This document shows, piece by piece, positions 26,944 to 38,566 of a stretch of DNA of 64,000 nt (positions within the stretch are counted from its first letter, which is position 1; each line of letters begins with the position of its first letter). Source of the stretch: Macrostomum hystrix (Eukaryota > Animalia > Platyhelminthes); the NCBI GenBank assembly GCA_950097015.1, contig CATNEN010000011.1, positions 3,968,001 through 4,032,000 of the forward strand, given 5' to 3'. Under the pieces are notes generated by a model that made no database searches, was not told where the DNA came from, and worked only from the letters and a program-made list of their open reading frames with translations. A program made the translations under genes and the position numbers.

Positions 26944-28097
26944 ATGCTGGCCAATTGCGCTTCAGCAGCTCTGGTTGCCATAGTAACAGGCGTCTCCTCT
27001 CGCAACGCCGGGCCAGCAACAGCTTTTTCATCCGGCGGAGTTTCGTTGAGTTCCTCGTCAGATTCGGCGATACGATGGCACGCCACCCTGGCTGGCGTGG
27101 CTGCCGCAGGATTGTTGAGTTTCGGTGTGCGAGCTCTGCGACGTCGCGAGGGTCGGGCTGGACAATCGGAGACTCTGGCGCACAGCAGGCTCACCCGGCA
27201 CACACTGTTCAACGCTGCGGCGGTGGCGCAGACTGCAGCCGGGGTTGGCCTCGCATGGCTGGCCATTCGATCCGAGGTGAGGTCGGGCAGAACTGGCTGA
27301 TTGACAATTTTTGCCTAATGTTTTCTCTTTTCTGACTCGGTTCAATGCGTTAAATAAAACAGAAAGACTAAAGTGAATTCTCATCCAGTTGGGTTTTACT
27401 GTCTATGGCACAGCCGCTGCTTCAGCTCACTCAGTCGTAAGATGAGTAACAGCATCAGCTGGGTTGCGGCGGTCCCCAGTCCACGGACAGTACAGCTGCA
27501 CACAGCCTTCAGAAACGCCGCGCAACAGCTGCGGCTGTGCCAACTAACTATGCATCTAGCCTAAAGTTAGTTCGTTGTCATTTCTATCAATTTAGAATGA
27601 ACGCAATATGCTAACAATCCATTGTCAATTCAGCTAGTGTACTCGTACGCCATTGGATGTCACAGATGTAGTTTTTGCAGAAAATTGGAAGTCTTAAGCA
27701 CGTCGCATTAAACTCGTTTATCGCTCGCTTTACCATGCTGTGAGCTTCAAAGTAGTTTTCATTAACTTCATTTTTTCAGGCGCACCATCGTCATCTCGCC
27801 TCTTGGCACGGTTGGATTGGTTCGGCGGCTACGTTGGCCCTAGTAGCACAGTGTACAGCTGGCTTCCTCCTGAGATATCGCCTACCGGCGGCTTCGAAAC
27901 TGCGCTTAGCCATGGAGTTTCTGCACGCAGCCAGCGGAGGTGTCACTTTTGGCTTGGCCTCGGCTGCTGTCTGTAGCGGTCTCTTCACTGATTGGTTCCT
28001 GCGCCGATGTCCTACGCCTCTGCTATTGGCTTGCGTTGTCTGCCTTCACCTGATTGGTATGCGAGTTTTCTCGCAAATTTGGAAGCACTACTTCTAA
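26944..28097 (+). CDS. Cytochrome b561 domain protein, CYB561D1/D2-like; 2 exons
   Basis: Exons 26944-27276 (gag|gtgagg) and 27780-28097 (ttttttcag|), phase 0. Four His sit at the heme-ligand spacing typical of the family: IRWH, TRH, LASWHGWIG and FLHAASG...GLFTDWF. Hydrophobic TM segments are present. Confidence 0.85.
27385..27560 (+). mobile_element. 5'-truncated SINE copy in the CYB561 intron
   Basis: cacagccgctgcttcagctcact...aacagcatcagctggg...cagtccacggacagtacagctgcacacagccttcaga...gctgcggctgtgc matches the 3' half of the SINE. Confidence 0.75.
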
Positions 28098-28861
28098 ATT
28101 TCGGACTTATTCTTTTCATTCGGTTAAGATTTAACAATCATCTTCAGCTGTTACTACTGCAAGTAAGCGAGTTGGCAACTCTTTCGTGAAATAGTATCAT
28201 GAATTCAATGTGTCCACTTCCGAAAACGAAGGATGAAAAAATAAAATCATTGCCCTGTAATCGTATCGTTTTTGTTAGTTTAGTAATAGATAAAACCTTA
28301 ATTCCCTCCTAAAGCCAATCAAATTCAAAGTCCTCAACTGTTAAAATGTTGCTTTCTCAAATTGATAGTTGAATGCAAATTTAACAGCTTTTACTCTCAT
28401 TGCTAGTTGTTTAGTTCCACAAATTTTATCAGTTTTTGTAAAATGAGGTGGAGTTTTTAGGTTTTTCAAACATTCCATTGTTTATTTTCGTGATTTGAGA
28501 ATTTTACATGTTTAGTTTCGTCATCACACAGCTTTGAGTATAGGTCAATTATTTGTTAGTTTTTTTCGTGTTCACATACGGTCATAAAGCTTTACACTAC
28601 GAGCTGTAGATATTTAAAATCCGGTGCTAGAAAATTTGTTTAATTATTGCTCGTACAATTTAATTTCTCGGATAGAATTGAGCTAGCTAATGATAGATAA
28701 TGCTTCCATTGACATGTATCTTCCATATTTTATTGGATCTTAAAATAAACATTTAAACTGTATAGTCTAGCAGCTTAATTATACTATAAATACGTATTTA
28801 ACTCGTTTCACTTTGTTACCGACGCTGTAAGGCATCTTTTAGAGAATTCTGAAGGTCGATG

Positions 28862-29105
28862 AATTGCAGGAGGGCTGCGGGCAAATGGTACTAGACCCGC
28901 AGCCGCTGACTCTTGAGCACACATGTACGCAAGAAACTGAACGCGGGCACAAACTCACAAAGTTGTGTACATCTGCCCTGACTTTCTCATCGTTCAGGCA
29001 ATCTCACTGTGCCTTGGAGGTGGGCCAATACGGGCGTAAAACACACGACAAGCCCCCAAGCCTTCTCTACGCGGCTGCGCCCCAAATGAATGTGGCCTCG
29101 CCGCG
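28862..29105 (+). repeat. Dispersed hairpin-containing repeat, copy 1
   Basis: aattgcagg.gggctgcggg...ctagacccgcagcc and cacgacaagccccc...ctacgcggctgcgccccaaatga are shared with 44990-45110. The first block also recurs inverted at about 51757-51815. Confidence 0.75.
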
Positions 29106-30224
29106 GAATCGAGCTCAGGGATATTAGTGCGAGAGACAACGCGTTAACCGCTCTGCCAGCGACCCCCTGTTCTTGCATGCCAGCATAAGCTGGGTTGAAA
29201 GCTTTGTGCTATTATAACAATTACTTTTAGTTATTGCGAGTGGTACAGAACTGGAGAAAGAGTATATGGCTACTTAAGCACCGGCGTCGGTTCACTAATA
29301 GCAAAGTTAGTTTAAGTATGAGTTACAACAATTTAATGTACATGTGCACGTAGTTCATTAGTTTAACTTTTTAAAACTCTTTCTATTCGCGGCCCCGCTA
29401 TACGCTTAAAACACAAAAAATATTCGAGTGAAAACCTTTTGCAAAAACCTTTTCGTCTGCTAAGACACGAAATTGCATGCAAACCCACTGCATGGTAGAT
29501 AACATATCTTAAAGCTTCGACAAAAATGCAACAATTTTTTTTTGTTGCTTTTAGAGAGGTTGTATACGAGTATTTAATAGAATTAATAGTTAGCCCGTAA
29601 ATATGTGCAAACCCTAGAGCTATAGGAAGAGCCTGTTACAGGCTTCAATCTCAAATCCGTTGACATCAGCTCAGGCTATCGCCATGTGACATTCAATGTA
29701 CATTATAATACAAATATATGAAGAGTGGTGTCCCATCATGATTGCAACTCATGTTTTCTCAGAAACAAGATTATGCAAATCAAGATCAGAGAGCCGCTAT
29801 GCTAATTCTGAGCAATCAGGATTTACCCGCTCAGGCATTTAGATTAATTTTGATCATTTATTTGAGCCACAACTGCATGCATACGAGAGCAACTAGACGG
29901 AACAGTTTCGGGATCTCATATTAATCCCTGGAGGGATAAAATGTAAATATATACTTTGGGTCCTTGAGAGCAATAAAAGCTTGAGCTATGCAGTCGGAGC
30001 TGGTCCGGTCTCTTTGATCGTGGCGCCCAGTTGTCGTTAGAACCAATGAACTGGAACAGACCAGACTCCAAAATTTGCTAATAATCAATTTACAGCTCGC
30101 TCAAACAGATCAGAAGTTTCTCGAGACGCGCATTATAAAAAGCGATTCATTTGGAAAAACCTGGTAAGTTGAGAAACAGGAATTCAGCCTTAGCACTGCA
30201 GCCACAGAACGGATTCTATTGAGA

Positions 30225-31898
30225 ATGACATACTGTACTGTCTTGCAAATTTTGCTTCTGACTTTTTTCGCCCAAGCCAACTGCCTTGACAATGTCGCTG
30301 TTAGACACTCGGGAGATCTCATCGTTCCTGAATGCTATTCAAAAGCTGACAACTGCGACAGATATCAAGACTGCTGCGACAGCGCTCGAACTTTTGATCC
30401 TAGAGATGCTGGCATCACTTGCGAGAGTGTATTGCTGTGTACCAATGGGACATGCGACAGTCTGCGAGGTCAGTACTCGGTGTACATGGTCACGAAGTGC
30501 CCAGCCAACAGCAATCAAAGCTCTTTGGTGCATTCTCGCTGCCAGTCAGGCCTTGGAGACATCAACGTCGGTGATAAAACCAATTTGCCGGTTTTTTCCA
30601 ACCACACAGGTTTGCTATATCGCAATGCTTTTTGTGCAATGTGCCACGGCATGACCGTCGAGCTCCAAACAGCTCAGCTGGTATTGTTCTGCAACGGTTC
30701 AGACACTTCCAGCTGCAAATCTGTGGCCATAGTCGAGTCTCAGCAGGCCCACGTGTGCTACCCGAACCTCGCCGATGCCAACGCCTGTAAGGACGAGTAT
30801 CCGTCTCTGACGGAGACCTGCTCACGGGCGCCGACAAGGTATGAAGTCTGCCTGGGCATCGCTTATCGCAATTCCTATTGCCGCATGTGTCAGCTGGGCT
30901 GGTATGCGCCCTGGTGCGAGAAAACCGAGTATGCGCTGTGGAACCTGCGAGAACGCCTGGACTACGGCTTGCTAGGTGTTTACGTCGGCTTTCGCGATCT
31001 AGACGCTAACAGGCCTGGTCGGGGCTTCAGTTCACGTGACAACGGCACATCATCAGGCGGAGGATGGCGGGTGTCTGTCAGCCTCTACGCCACTCACACG
31101 GCATCGATAACGGCTCTGCTAATGCTGCTCGCTGTGTACCTCAGTGTGCCGAGCCTGCGCAATCGCCCCGGCCTGTGTCTTTGCTGCCACGCCGTCTGCG
31201 TTCTAGTCTGGGAGGTCCTGGCCATTGTTACTCGAGCAATGCAGCCAACTCAGACAGCCTGTTTGAGTCTCTTGCTGCTCAGCTACTTCTGTTTATGCTC
31301 AATCTTCTCCTGGGCTTCCGTATTTGGCTTTGACCTGCTTCGCAGTCTGGCCTCAAATCTGCCGTCCCGCGGCCCGTCCAAATGGCTGATGCTGCTGGTC
31401 TGGTTGGCCCCCGCAATTCTCACGGCGTGCGTCGGTTTCCTGCACTTCAGACTCGGACTCCTGGACCTGACCGTGTGCCAGTTCGCGCCTTGCCACAAGT
31501 GGCTCATGCTGGCGCTGTCGCTGACTCCTCTGGGATTGGCTTTGACCGTCAATTTATCGGTAGCAGCCGCAGTCTGCATCATCCTGCGCAGAAGAACTCG
31601 GACAGCTCAGCGACTGAAGTCGGCAACTGGCGCCAACGCGCGCCGAATGGTTGGAGCCGCTGTGCGCGTCTCAGTGGCCGCCGGGGCTGCCTGGCTGCCG
31701 CAGTTCTGCCTCGCAAACCTTCCTCCGTCTGACGCTATCAATCAGCACCTGGCTGCCATTGTCGGCGAGCACCTGGCGGCTCTGCACGGAGTCCTGCTGA
31801 CTGTTTGCTTCTGCTGTGCCAGTCGTCCAGTGCGTCAGCTGATTTTGAGACAGCAGCCGCAGCGGCTGCAGCAGCCGCAGCGACCGAGGGCTTCTTAG
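30225..31898 (+). CDS. Intronless Methuselah-like/adhesion-class 7TM GPCR with Cys-rich ectodomain
   Basis: Signal-peptide-like N-terminus (MTYCTVLQILLLTFFAQANC) and a somatomedin-B-like C..C...DCC motif. Repeated LYRNAFCAMCHG / AYRNSYCRMCQ modules are followed by seven hydrophobic segments (LRNRPG, WASVFGFDL, W.AP). The first ATG is at 30225; the ORF track starts at TTG 30219. Confidence 0.85.
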   Translation: MTYCTVLQILLLTFFAQANCLDNVAVRHSGDLIVPECYSKADNCDRYQDCCDSARTFDPRDAGITCESVLLCTNGTCDSLRGQYSVYMVTKCPANSNQSSLVHSRCQSGLGDINVGDKTNLPVFSNHTGLLYRNAFCAMCHGMTVELQTAQLVLFCNGSDTSSCKSVAIVESQQAHVCYPNLADANACKDEYPSLTETCSRAPTRYEVCLGIAYRNSYCRMCQLGWYAPWCEKTEYALWNLRERLDYGLLGVYVGFRDLDANRPGRGFSSRDNGTSSGGGWRVSVSLYATHTASITALLMLLAVYLSVPSLRNRPGLCLCCHAVCVLVWEVLAIVTRAMQPTQTACLSLLLLSYFCLCSIFSWASVFGFDLLRSLASNLPSRGPSKWLMLLVWLAPAILTACVGFLHFRLGLLDLTVCQFAPCHKWLMLALSLTPLGLALTVNLSVAAAVCIILRRRTRTAQRLKSATGANARRMVGAAVRVSVAAGAAWLPQFCLANLPPSDAINQHLAAIVGEHLAALHGVLLTVCFCCASRPVRQLILRQQPQRLQQPQRPRAS

Positions 31899-32471
31899 TG
31901 GATTGAATTTACATGGAGGTGATTCAGTGCCAGATTTTTTAAATTACAGAAAAACAGTACTATAAGTACTTCTCAGACTATTAGAGAAGTCAAATACTCG
32001 TAGCTGTAAAAATAACAAAAAAGGTTTTCGAAACCAGAAAAAATGAGAATACTGATCTATTGGTTTGATTTAAATCAAATTAAACGAATGAAAAATTCAG
32101 AAAAATATTTCCCTTTCCTACAAGTATTTTTTACGAAGTTAACTGTGTACTTCATGCTACACCATGGCTCCCAAAATATAATTTCATCTAATTGTGAGGA
32201 GAGCTTTTGATTGCTAATAACAAACTGATATTTTATTGTCTTGCCTTGCGAAGGGTGGTTCGTTTTAGTGTATTTTGTAATTTATAAATTTATAATTAGC
32301 GATCGGTCAGCAGGTGAATCTGTCGAAAAATTATTTTTCTTTGATTTGCTCACACTACTACTACAAGTAAAGTTGAAGAAGAGCAAACAGCAGATACTTA
32401 AAATTCAAAGCATACGTATAAATTGGACGTACACGAAAGGTACACGATTGGCGATCACGTAGGGCACCGCA

Positions 32472-32834
32472 TGTCATCCATCACGAGGGTGAGACGAGGC
32501 GGACCAATCAGAAGGCGGCGGAAAGAGATCAAAGGGAGAGGTAGAGAACCAGACAGAATTAAAGCCAGGTGAGAACTGACTATAAAGAATCGAATGTAAA
32601 CAGACGAGAGGGCAGAGGAACGATAGAAGAGGCATGAAAGTAGGGACAAAGAAATTTGCCAACACATGTACACATTCAGCAACAGACATTAATCTCGCAA
32701 ATAAGTATAACAAATACCAACTCGTAGCGCTCGTTTTCATGAGATTTCATGATTTCATAAAAACGGTTAGGCTCACAATAAGGGAGAGAAAATTATCAGC
32801 ACTCCAATGTGACAATTGGTAGCAGCGGTGGGAT
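32472..32834 (+). mobile_element. LTR (32472-32814) followed by a tRNA-Leu-type primer-binding site; truncated LTR retrotransposon 5' end
   Basis: Inverted termini TGTCA...TGACA and a TATA-like ctataaa at about 32580. After a 2-nt spacer comes TGGTAGCAGCGGTGGGAT (32817-32834), complementary with one mismatch to the usual tRNA-Leu 3' end (...ATCCCACCGCTGCCA-CCA). No gag/pol follows. Confidence 0.65.
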
Positions 32835-33019
32835 CTCAAGGGATGTAAAGATTGAATTGTACCATGTTGTCGCCCTACTGATATACGCGTATTTTATGCA
32901 TCTATATAATATAATACAGCAGTTAGAGATCAGTAACAAAAAAAAATAGAAAACAAGAAACGAATAAACTTTCAAAGTGCGTTTTGTTATCTACTCTCAC
33001 TTTTCAAAGTTAATTCGTG

Positions 33020-33960
33020 CTACATCTTGAAGAACTTGACAGACAGTTTCTTGGAATCTGGAAGCTCTTTGTAAACCTCCAGGAGCAGGCTGGGCAGGTT
33101 CATGCTGAGCTTAATGCTGCCCACGTGGTCATGGTTCAGCATCACTGAAAGTTGCAATTGCGAAAGTTACAAGAATAGATGCAAAAGGCAGGAGCAAGTG
33201 CTAGTTACTCACGGGGAAAGCTCTCCATTAGAATGTCATCGCCTCTTGCGATTCTACCATCGAGATTGACAATCGCTTGGCCAAGGTCCATATAGAAGTC
33301 GCTGTCGGGGTCCGATGGCTCGCACACCACTGTGAATGTAGTCTCAATGTGCTCGCTTTGCAGAAGCAATGCGGCCAGCAACTTGCGCTTCTCATAGCTG
33401 CTGTCAAAACTGTACTCATATAGTTTCTTAAAGTTGTAGCTCAGGCTGAACTCCTCCGGTCGCGATCGGCCCGGTGTGGGAGTTGGCAAAGAGTTTGGCG
33501 TCTCAGTTTCCTGGAACGGAAAGCCTGGCAGCTGGAAGGACACGTAGCACTTGGTATCGTCCAAGTCTAGATTCTTCAGGGTCTGACAGGTTTCGTTAAA
33601 ACGCACGCTGAATATCTCGACTGTGCAGGTTTCCACAACGGTCCGAACCGAATTTTTTTGTGGATTGCTGGCCTCAATCAAGCGACACATCAAAAAATTG
33701 TCTACCGGTTTTTGAAGCTTCTCGCGGCACAGAGGGCAGCGGGAGCCAGGATTTATCGCAGTAGCCCGATAGCATGCCCGACACAGTGTGTGGTGATTTT
33801 TGCACACAAAGCATGGGTCTTTGAACACTTCCAAGCATACTGGACAGGTGAGATCAATGTCTTCGCGAGCTGAAGTTCGCAGAATAAAAATTCTGGATTT
33901 TAGTAGCGCCAAACTAATGAGGGAATTAATCCTAGCTAACAAATTGTTAGCTTCGACCAA
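33020..33960 (-). CDS. RING finger protein fused to an RPGRIP1/RPGRIP1L C-terminal RID-type C2 domain; at least 2 exons
   Basis: RING: CPVC..CKNHHTLCRAC..CPLC. Then ETPNSLPTP..YNF..KRKLLAALL..FTVVCEP..DLGQAIVNL..GDDIL. A phase-1 intron (33212-33145; c|gtgagt ... tttcag|tg) leads to LMLNHDHVGSIKLSMNLPSLLLEVYKE...KM* ending at 33020. The 5' end is uncertain: there is a likely acceptor near 33872 and the upstream exon was not identified. Confidence 0.8.
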
Positions 33961-34049
33961 TGACCGCGAAAAGCTCGAATCTCAGTAAAAGTAAAACACA
34001 ATGTATGATATGTTACTTCACTATCAAGCCCCTATTTCCTCAGTTTACT

Positions 34050-34150
34050 AAGCTGTAAAATCAGCTGGGATATAAATTTTCATGCGAGAGGTGGCGTCCC
34101 CAATTCATGGACTGATCTGCTGTGCAAACAGCTTCGGATATGCCCTTAGC
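34050..34150 (+). mobile_element. Degenerate SINE 3' fragment
   Basis: gctgtaaaatcagctggga...gtggcgtccccaattcatggactga matches the SINE body. Confidence 0.55.
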
Positions 34151-34348
34151 TGTACATCTGGATTCGATTTTAGCGATTGAAACTCTCGATCAATCAACTT
34201 AGTAATTGTTCTAATATTTATGATTTTCGCCTTCATAAGCCTTAAACACTTGCCTACCACGCTTTTTCCTACACAAAATGTAATAAACATTAGTCTACAA
34301 ACTGAGCTTTTCTGCCAGTTGATGTCTTTGTTAACTAATCCCATCTAT

Positions 34349-34625
34349 GGAGTTGTTGCCAAGTGGTTGCAGCGTTAGACTCACGGCTTGAAGGTCAGGG
34401 GTTCGATTCCTGACTTCATCACGGGAACAATTTGTGTCTTTTAGCAAGACTATATTGACTCTGCATTCCTGTAGTTCACCCAGCTGTTAAATGTGTACCA
34501 GCTTTAGCTGGGGTAATTGAGGGTGGGTTTGGCGTCCCCAGTCCATGGACTGAAAAGACATACGCAGTCTTCAAATTTTGCGCACAAGAGCTGCGGCTGT
34601 GCTGACTGCTGTATCTGGCCCAATA
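34349..34625 (+). mobile_element. tRNA-derived SINE, copy 3
   Basis: gttgccaagtggtt...actcacggcttgaaggtcaggggttcgattcc head, the same body and the palindrome cagtccatggactg. Confidence 0.85.
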
Positions 34626-35383
34626 GAGCTCCTGCATGTCAACGTACGCTGACGCCCAACAAAAGACACCCATTGAAACGGCAATATAAAGAGCACTCAC
34701 GAGGTGTTAAGTTCATCTGTTTACTGATGGCGCTTCTTACCTGCAGCTTACTGCTCACAAACTTTAAGTTTTCGCTGTTCAAAAAGAGGTACTAGCTTAA
34801 ATGCAAGGTCTTCTATTTGATATTTTAACCAAATTATTCTCTGGAACACAGACTTATAATACATACCCAGGTCCATTGCTGCAGAGATTGCTAACTTTTT
34901 TACACAAGTTCGAGCGTACACAAAAACTTATCCGCAAAAATTGACGATTGCATGTTTAGCCGAGAAAGTCTGGCCATGATAACAAGCGCACAGCAGCACT
35001 GTGTGAGTTCTGACTAGAAGTCTTCGTCACTCTCTTCGAAGAGTACCATTTTATAGCTGTAAAATTGCTCATGTATAGTTTTGGCTATGCATGCACACTG
35101 TCTTTTTTATTTAATTTAAATTTTTTAGTTTGGAGAGGTAAAATTAAAGGTATATGGCTGCGGCTTGTGTTAAATGGCTGCGAGCGTAGACCAGGGCCAT
35201 CAGATCAGGGGTTGGCTACGTCGGCTACTAAAATATATTGAGGCCACTTCATAAATAACTGCTTGGAATCGAATGGGGACAAACATAGGAGCTAAGTGTC
35301 GCTTATTTAATATCTATGCTCGTTACTATAGCAACATCTACTTTGCCTTGTCTTTCAGAATTAAATATACAATCTTATAATAA

Positions 35384-36513
35384 TGTAATAAAATGAATGT
35401 CCTATAGCTGGAGCGTGAGGAATTTAAAGCTAGCGACTATTCACTATTCACCGGGGTCGGTGTCCTACCAAACGTTTCAATAGCAGCAGGGAATCTGGAA
35501 TTAAATAGCGTTAGAGACTGTGGTAGCGAGCGAAGCGGAATAGATAAGCGATGAGACCCGAGTGTCCCTCCGGCCTGGCGAAACTCCCAATGAAAAAATA
35601 ATAACACAGTACGAACACGAAGACTCGAATAAATTGATTGGGAGTGATTTAATCAGTTGTGACTCGCTAAGATTCCAGATAAGAGTAGGAATTGATTTGA
35701 ATCTCGTTTACTTGCTGAACTTGATTTAAAAGTTACACTGACAGAATGAGGATATTCACACGGAAATAAATTATAGCGTGCTCACAGTGAGAAGCAAAGT
35801 TTGGTCTAACAATTGGGATATAACAATTTTACTTAAACTGGCCTTATCCGCGCCCTACTCTTCCCGAGAGGCTCCGGTTGTCTCTGCTTTCAGCGCTGCC
35901 CCGACAGATCCTATCGGTTGGCACTCCTTCTGCCTGACGGCGGAGTCTCCGAAAAGAGCACGTACTGACTTCGACAATTCAAGCGCCTATCTAGACCACC
36001 CTTGTCAGCGGCGCACTCTCAAGACGCGTAGCGCCGAAAGCTACCTAACTGAACAAGCGGAGCGTGGTCGGGCGGGGAGAGACAAAACAAAGTGGACTTG
36101 TTTGCACGTGCTTCTCACAGTGTGAGGCGAATTGTGAAGAAACAGATAATTTGCACTGCAAAAACACGCTTCGTTGTATAGAGTCATTTTAACCCCAAAT
36201 TAGGTCGATCGGCGAGGTGGATGCCTGGCTGTAGCTTGAGCCAAGGCGACAAATCACAGTAGACTTGCGACCGCCGTTATGAGCCCCGGGGTCGCTTCTT
36301 GCCGAGGGTATAGACAGGTAGTGAGGCCGGGTCGCTCGCTGATTGGCCGGGACCGTAGCCCAGGGGTAGCGCTCGCGGGGTGGTGGGCGTCCGTTCCCCC
36401 AGCTGGTCCGGCCCGGCTTGGCGTGGGTGAACTCTTAGCAAAATACACGTGTCTAAAAATAAGTACTGAATAATAACACGGGGAGATAGAAGGGCAAACA
36501 AGCTGACACTACA
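35384..36513. mobile_element. Probable solo LTR (1130 bp)
   Basis: Begins TGTAAT and ends ACTACA (imperfect inverted termini). It is flanked by identical ATAA (35380-35383 and 36514-36517). The interior is GC-richer than the flanks and contains CCAAT and AATAAA motifs. No coding capacity and no PBS. Confidence 0.5.
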
Positions 36514-37884
36514 ATAACACTCCTGTAATATACTGTACATAATTAATTTTGTTTATGAGCTGCACGACCTAATATTGAAATGAAGACGGACGCCTTTCAT
36601 TATAGCTTTAAAGCCGGGGTGGGTGTCCATCGACTCATTCGCAAATTTTGTAAGGGGAGCCGCAGCCCGACCGCTAATTTGATCCCACTTTTGGCTCGGC
36701 TTTAATTTTTAGAATTTTTTAAAGTAAAAATATATAGGAACTGTAGTGGCGAAGCTTCAATTTTTTGTAGTGCGCGTTAAACGTCAATGCTTTTTTGTGT
36801 GGACACAGGATCGTGCCGTTGGTCACTGCTGAAGCATATGCCATTTTTGAGGTAAGTAAATGTTTTTGAGTTAAATTTATTAACTTTTACTAAATATATT
36901 GAGACAAAATCAATCTATTGTCAATTAAAACATTTAAAATCAACATCAACACATTTATAAAGGAGGTCTTCACACAAAATTTAGCTGGTCATTTTGTTTA
37001 TCCATATTGTTCGCCACACTTTCTAAGAAGAAGCAGTTTTTTAATCTTGGAAAATCTTGGAAGCTAAGTCTATCTTTGGTCAATTGAAATAAAAATATGA
37101 TAAATAGGCAGTGAATCAAGGTAAAAATTCTCTTTGTCTACAACCTTATATACTTGTTACGATTAGTAACAGTGCTACATGCATGCACACTATTCCCACA
37201 TTTGATCACAAAGTATGCATGTCAATAATTAAATGTGAGGCAAGTTGTATGCAAAGCATGTCCATGCATAATGCACATAAAATTATGTAGGCAATACCAA
37301 TGCAAAACCATTTTAAGTAACAAACTTCATGGTCTGGGCTGGACTATTGCATTTATTGCTGGGGTCTATAATTTTATCTAAAAATTTATATATGAAAACA
37401 CAACCATGATTATTAACAATTGACACCATTTGCAACAAGGTTTTTTAAATAATACTTTCTGAAAGTTTAATGTAATAGATATTCTTGCAATATCTAATGT
37501 AGCTTAGTTTTTAAAGCCTCAGTTCTGCAATGAGACTATATTAATTAAATTCTTAATATGATAAACAAAATTCTTAGCCAATTTTTAGGCCAGTAAATTT
37601 TGGGCCATTGTTTGTTTGTTTTGTCTATTTTTATGCCAATGAATCACATAGTCTGAATTCGATTCAACTAGCTATGCCACCTTATCTGTCTATGGCCAAA
37701 ACTATATAGACCTAGACGGCTAGAGTTTTTATTGGAGGATTTAGCCAAAATAACTGGTCAAAATAAAACAATTTTACAAATAGCCAAAATTGACATTTAA
37801 GCAAAAAAAGTTCCAAATTTCTGAAACTCTAAATTGAAAAAATGGACTATATCTAATAGAGATCCAATGAGATAAGTAGATAGG

Positions 37885-38566
37885 CGTGCCAGGCTTTTTG
37901 GCGACAGTTGATTTCGGTGACATGAAAAATTGTGACTTCGGCGACAAGTAGGCCTAATGTTCAATTCGGCGACAAGTATGTCACCAATAACAATGATGCT
38001 TTTTGTCTAAGTACAACGGTGTGTTTCCAAGAGCATTCTAACTCAATCCAAGTCAAAGTCAATCCAATTGTCATTAAAAACCCTAGACTCAAAAGCCGTA
38101 CAAATGACTCAATGCCCTCACCCACCCCTGACTGTAAAACCAGGGGGCTTTCTTATGAATTTCTTATTTCTTTCTTATTTCGTACTGTGACGAAGCCGCC
38201 TTGGTGATGGGGCTTGCTCACATAATTGGTTGGTCTCTTCAGGTTGGTGGGTACAAAGTCAGAGTGCGGATATTTATCAAGCTTCTTATCCCGACAATCA
38301 GCACATCACAGGATTGCTTGTCAGAGCACACATGTTCGTTACATTTAACAAAAAAGGAAAGTATTTTGTAGGCTGTAGGCGGTTACAGTAGGATATAGAC
38401 GCATTAGTTTTGTTAGTAAGAAAAGACTAAATACGAGTAAATAGCCATAGAAAGGGATTTGTGAAAGTGAAAGAGGAACTTTTCGCCGAATTTAACATTG
38501 CTTGTCGCCAAAGTCACAATTTTCAGTGTCGCCGAAATTAACTGTCGCCAAAATGCCTGGAATCCA
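37885..38566. mobile_element. Non-autonomous DNA transposon (MITE-like) with ~90-bp TIRs
   Basis: The left end ccaggctttttggcgacagttgatttcggtgaca..aattgtgacttcggcgacaag..aatgttcaattcggcga is the reverse complement of the right end (38478-38560). TAGATAGG flanks both sides (37877-37884 and 38567-38574). Confidence 0.8.

Noticed and set aside
36270-36400. RNase MRP/P RNA (minus strand has CGGGGCTCAT, similar to the MRP CR-V)
   Set aside because: No matching GAAAGTCCCC CR-I partner was found, and the segment lies inside the probable solo LTR.
32472-36513. RING-RID gene captured between two LTRs of one element
   Set aside because: The 32472-32814 LTR and the 35384-36513 element differ in length and sequence, so they are not a paired LTR set.
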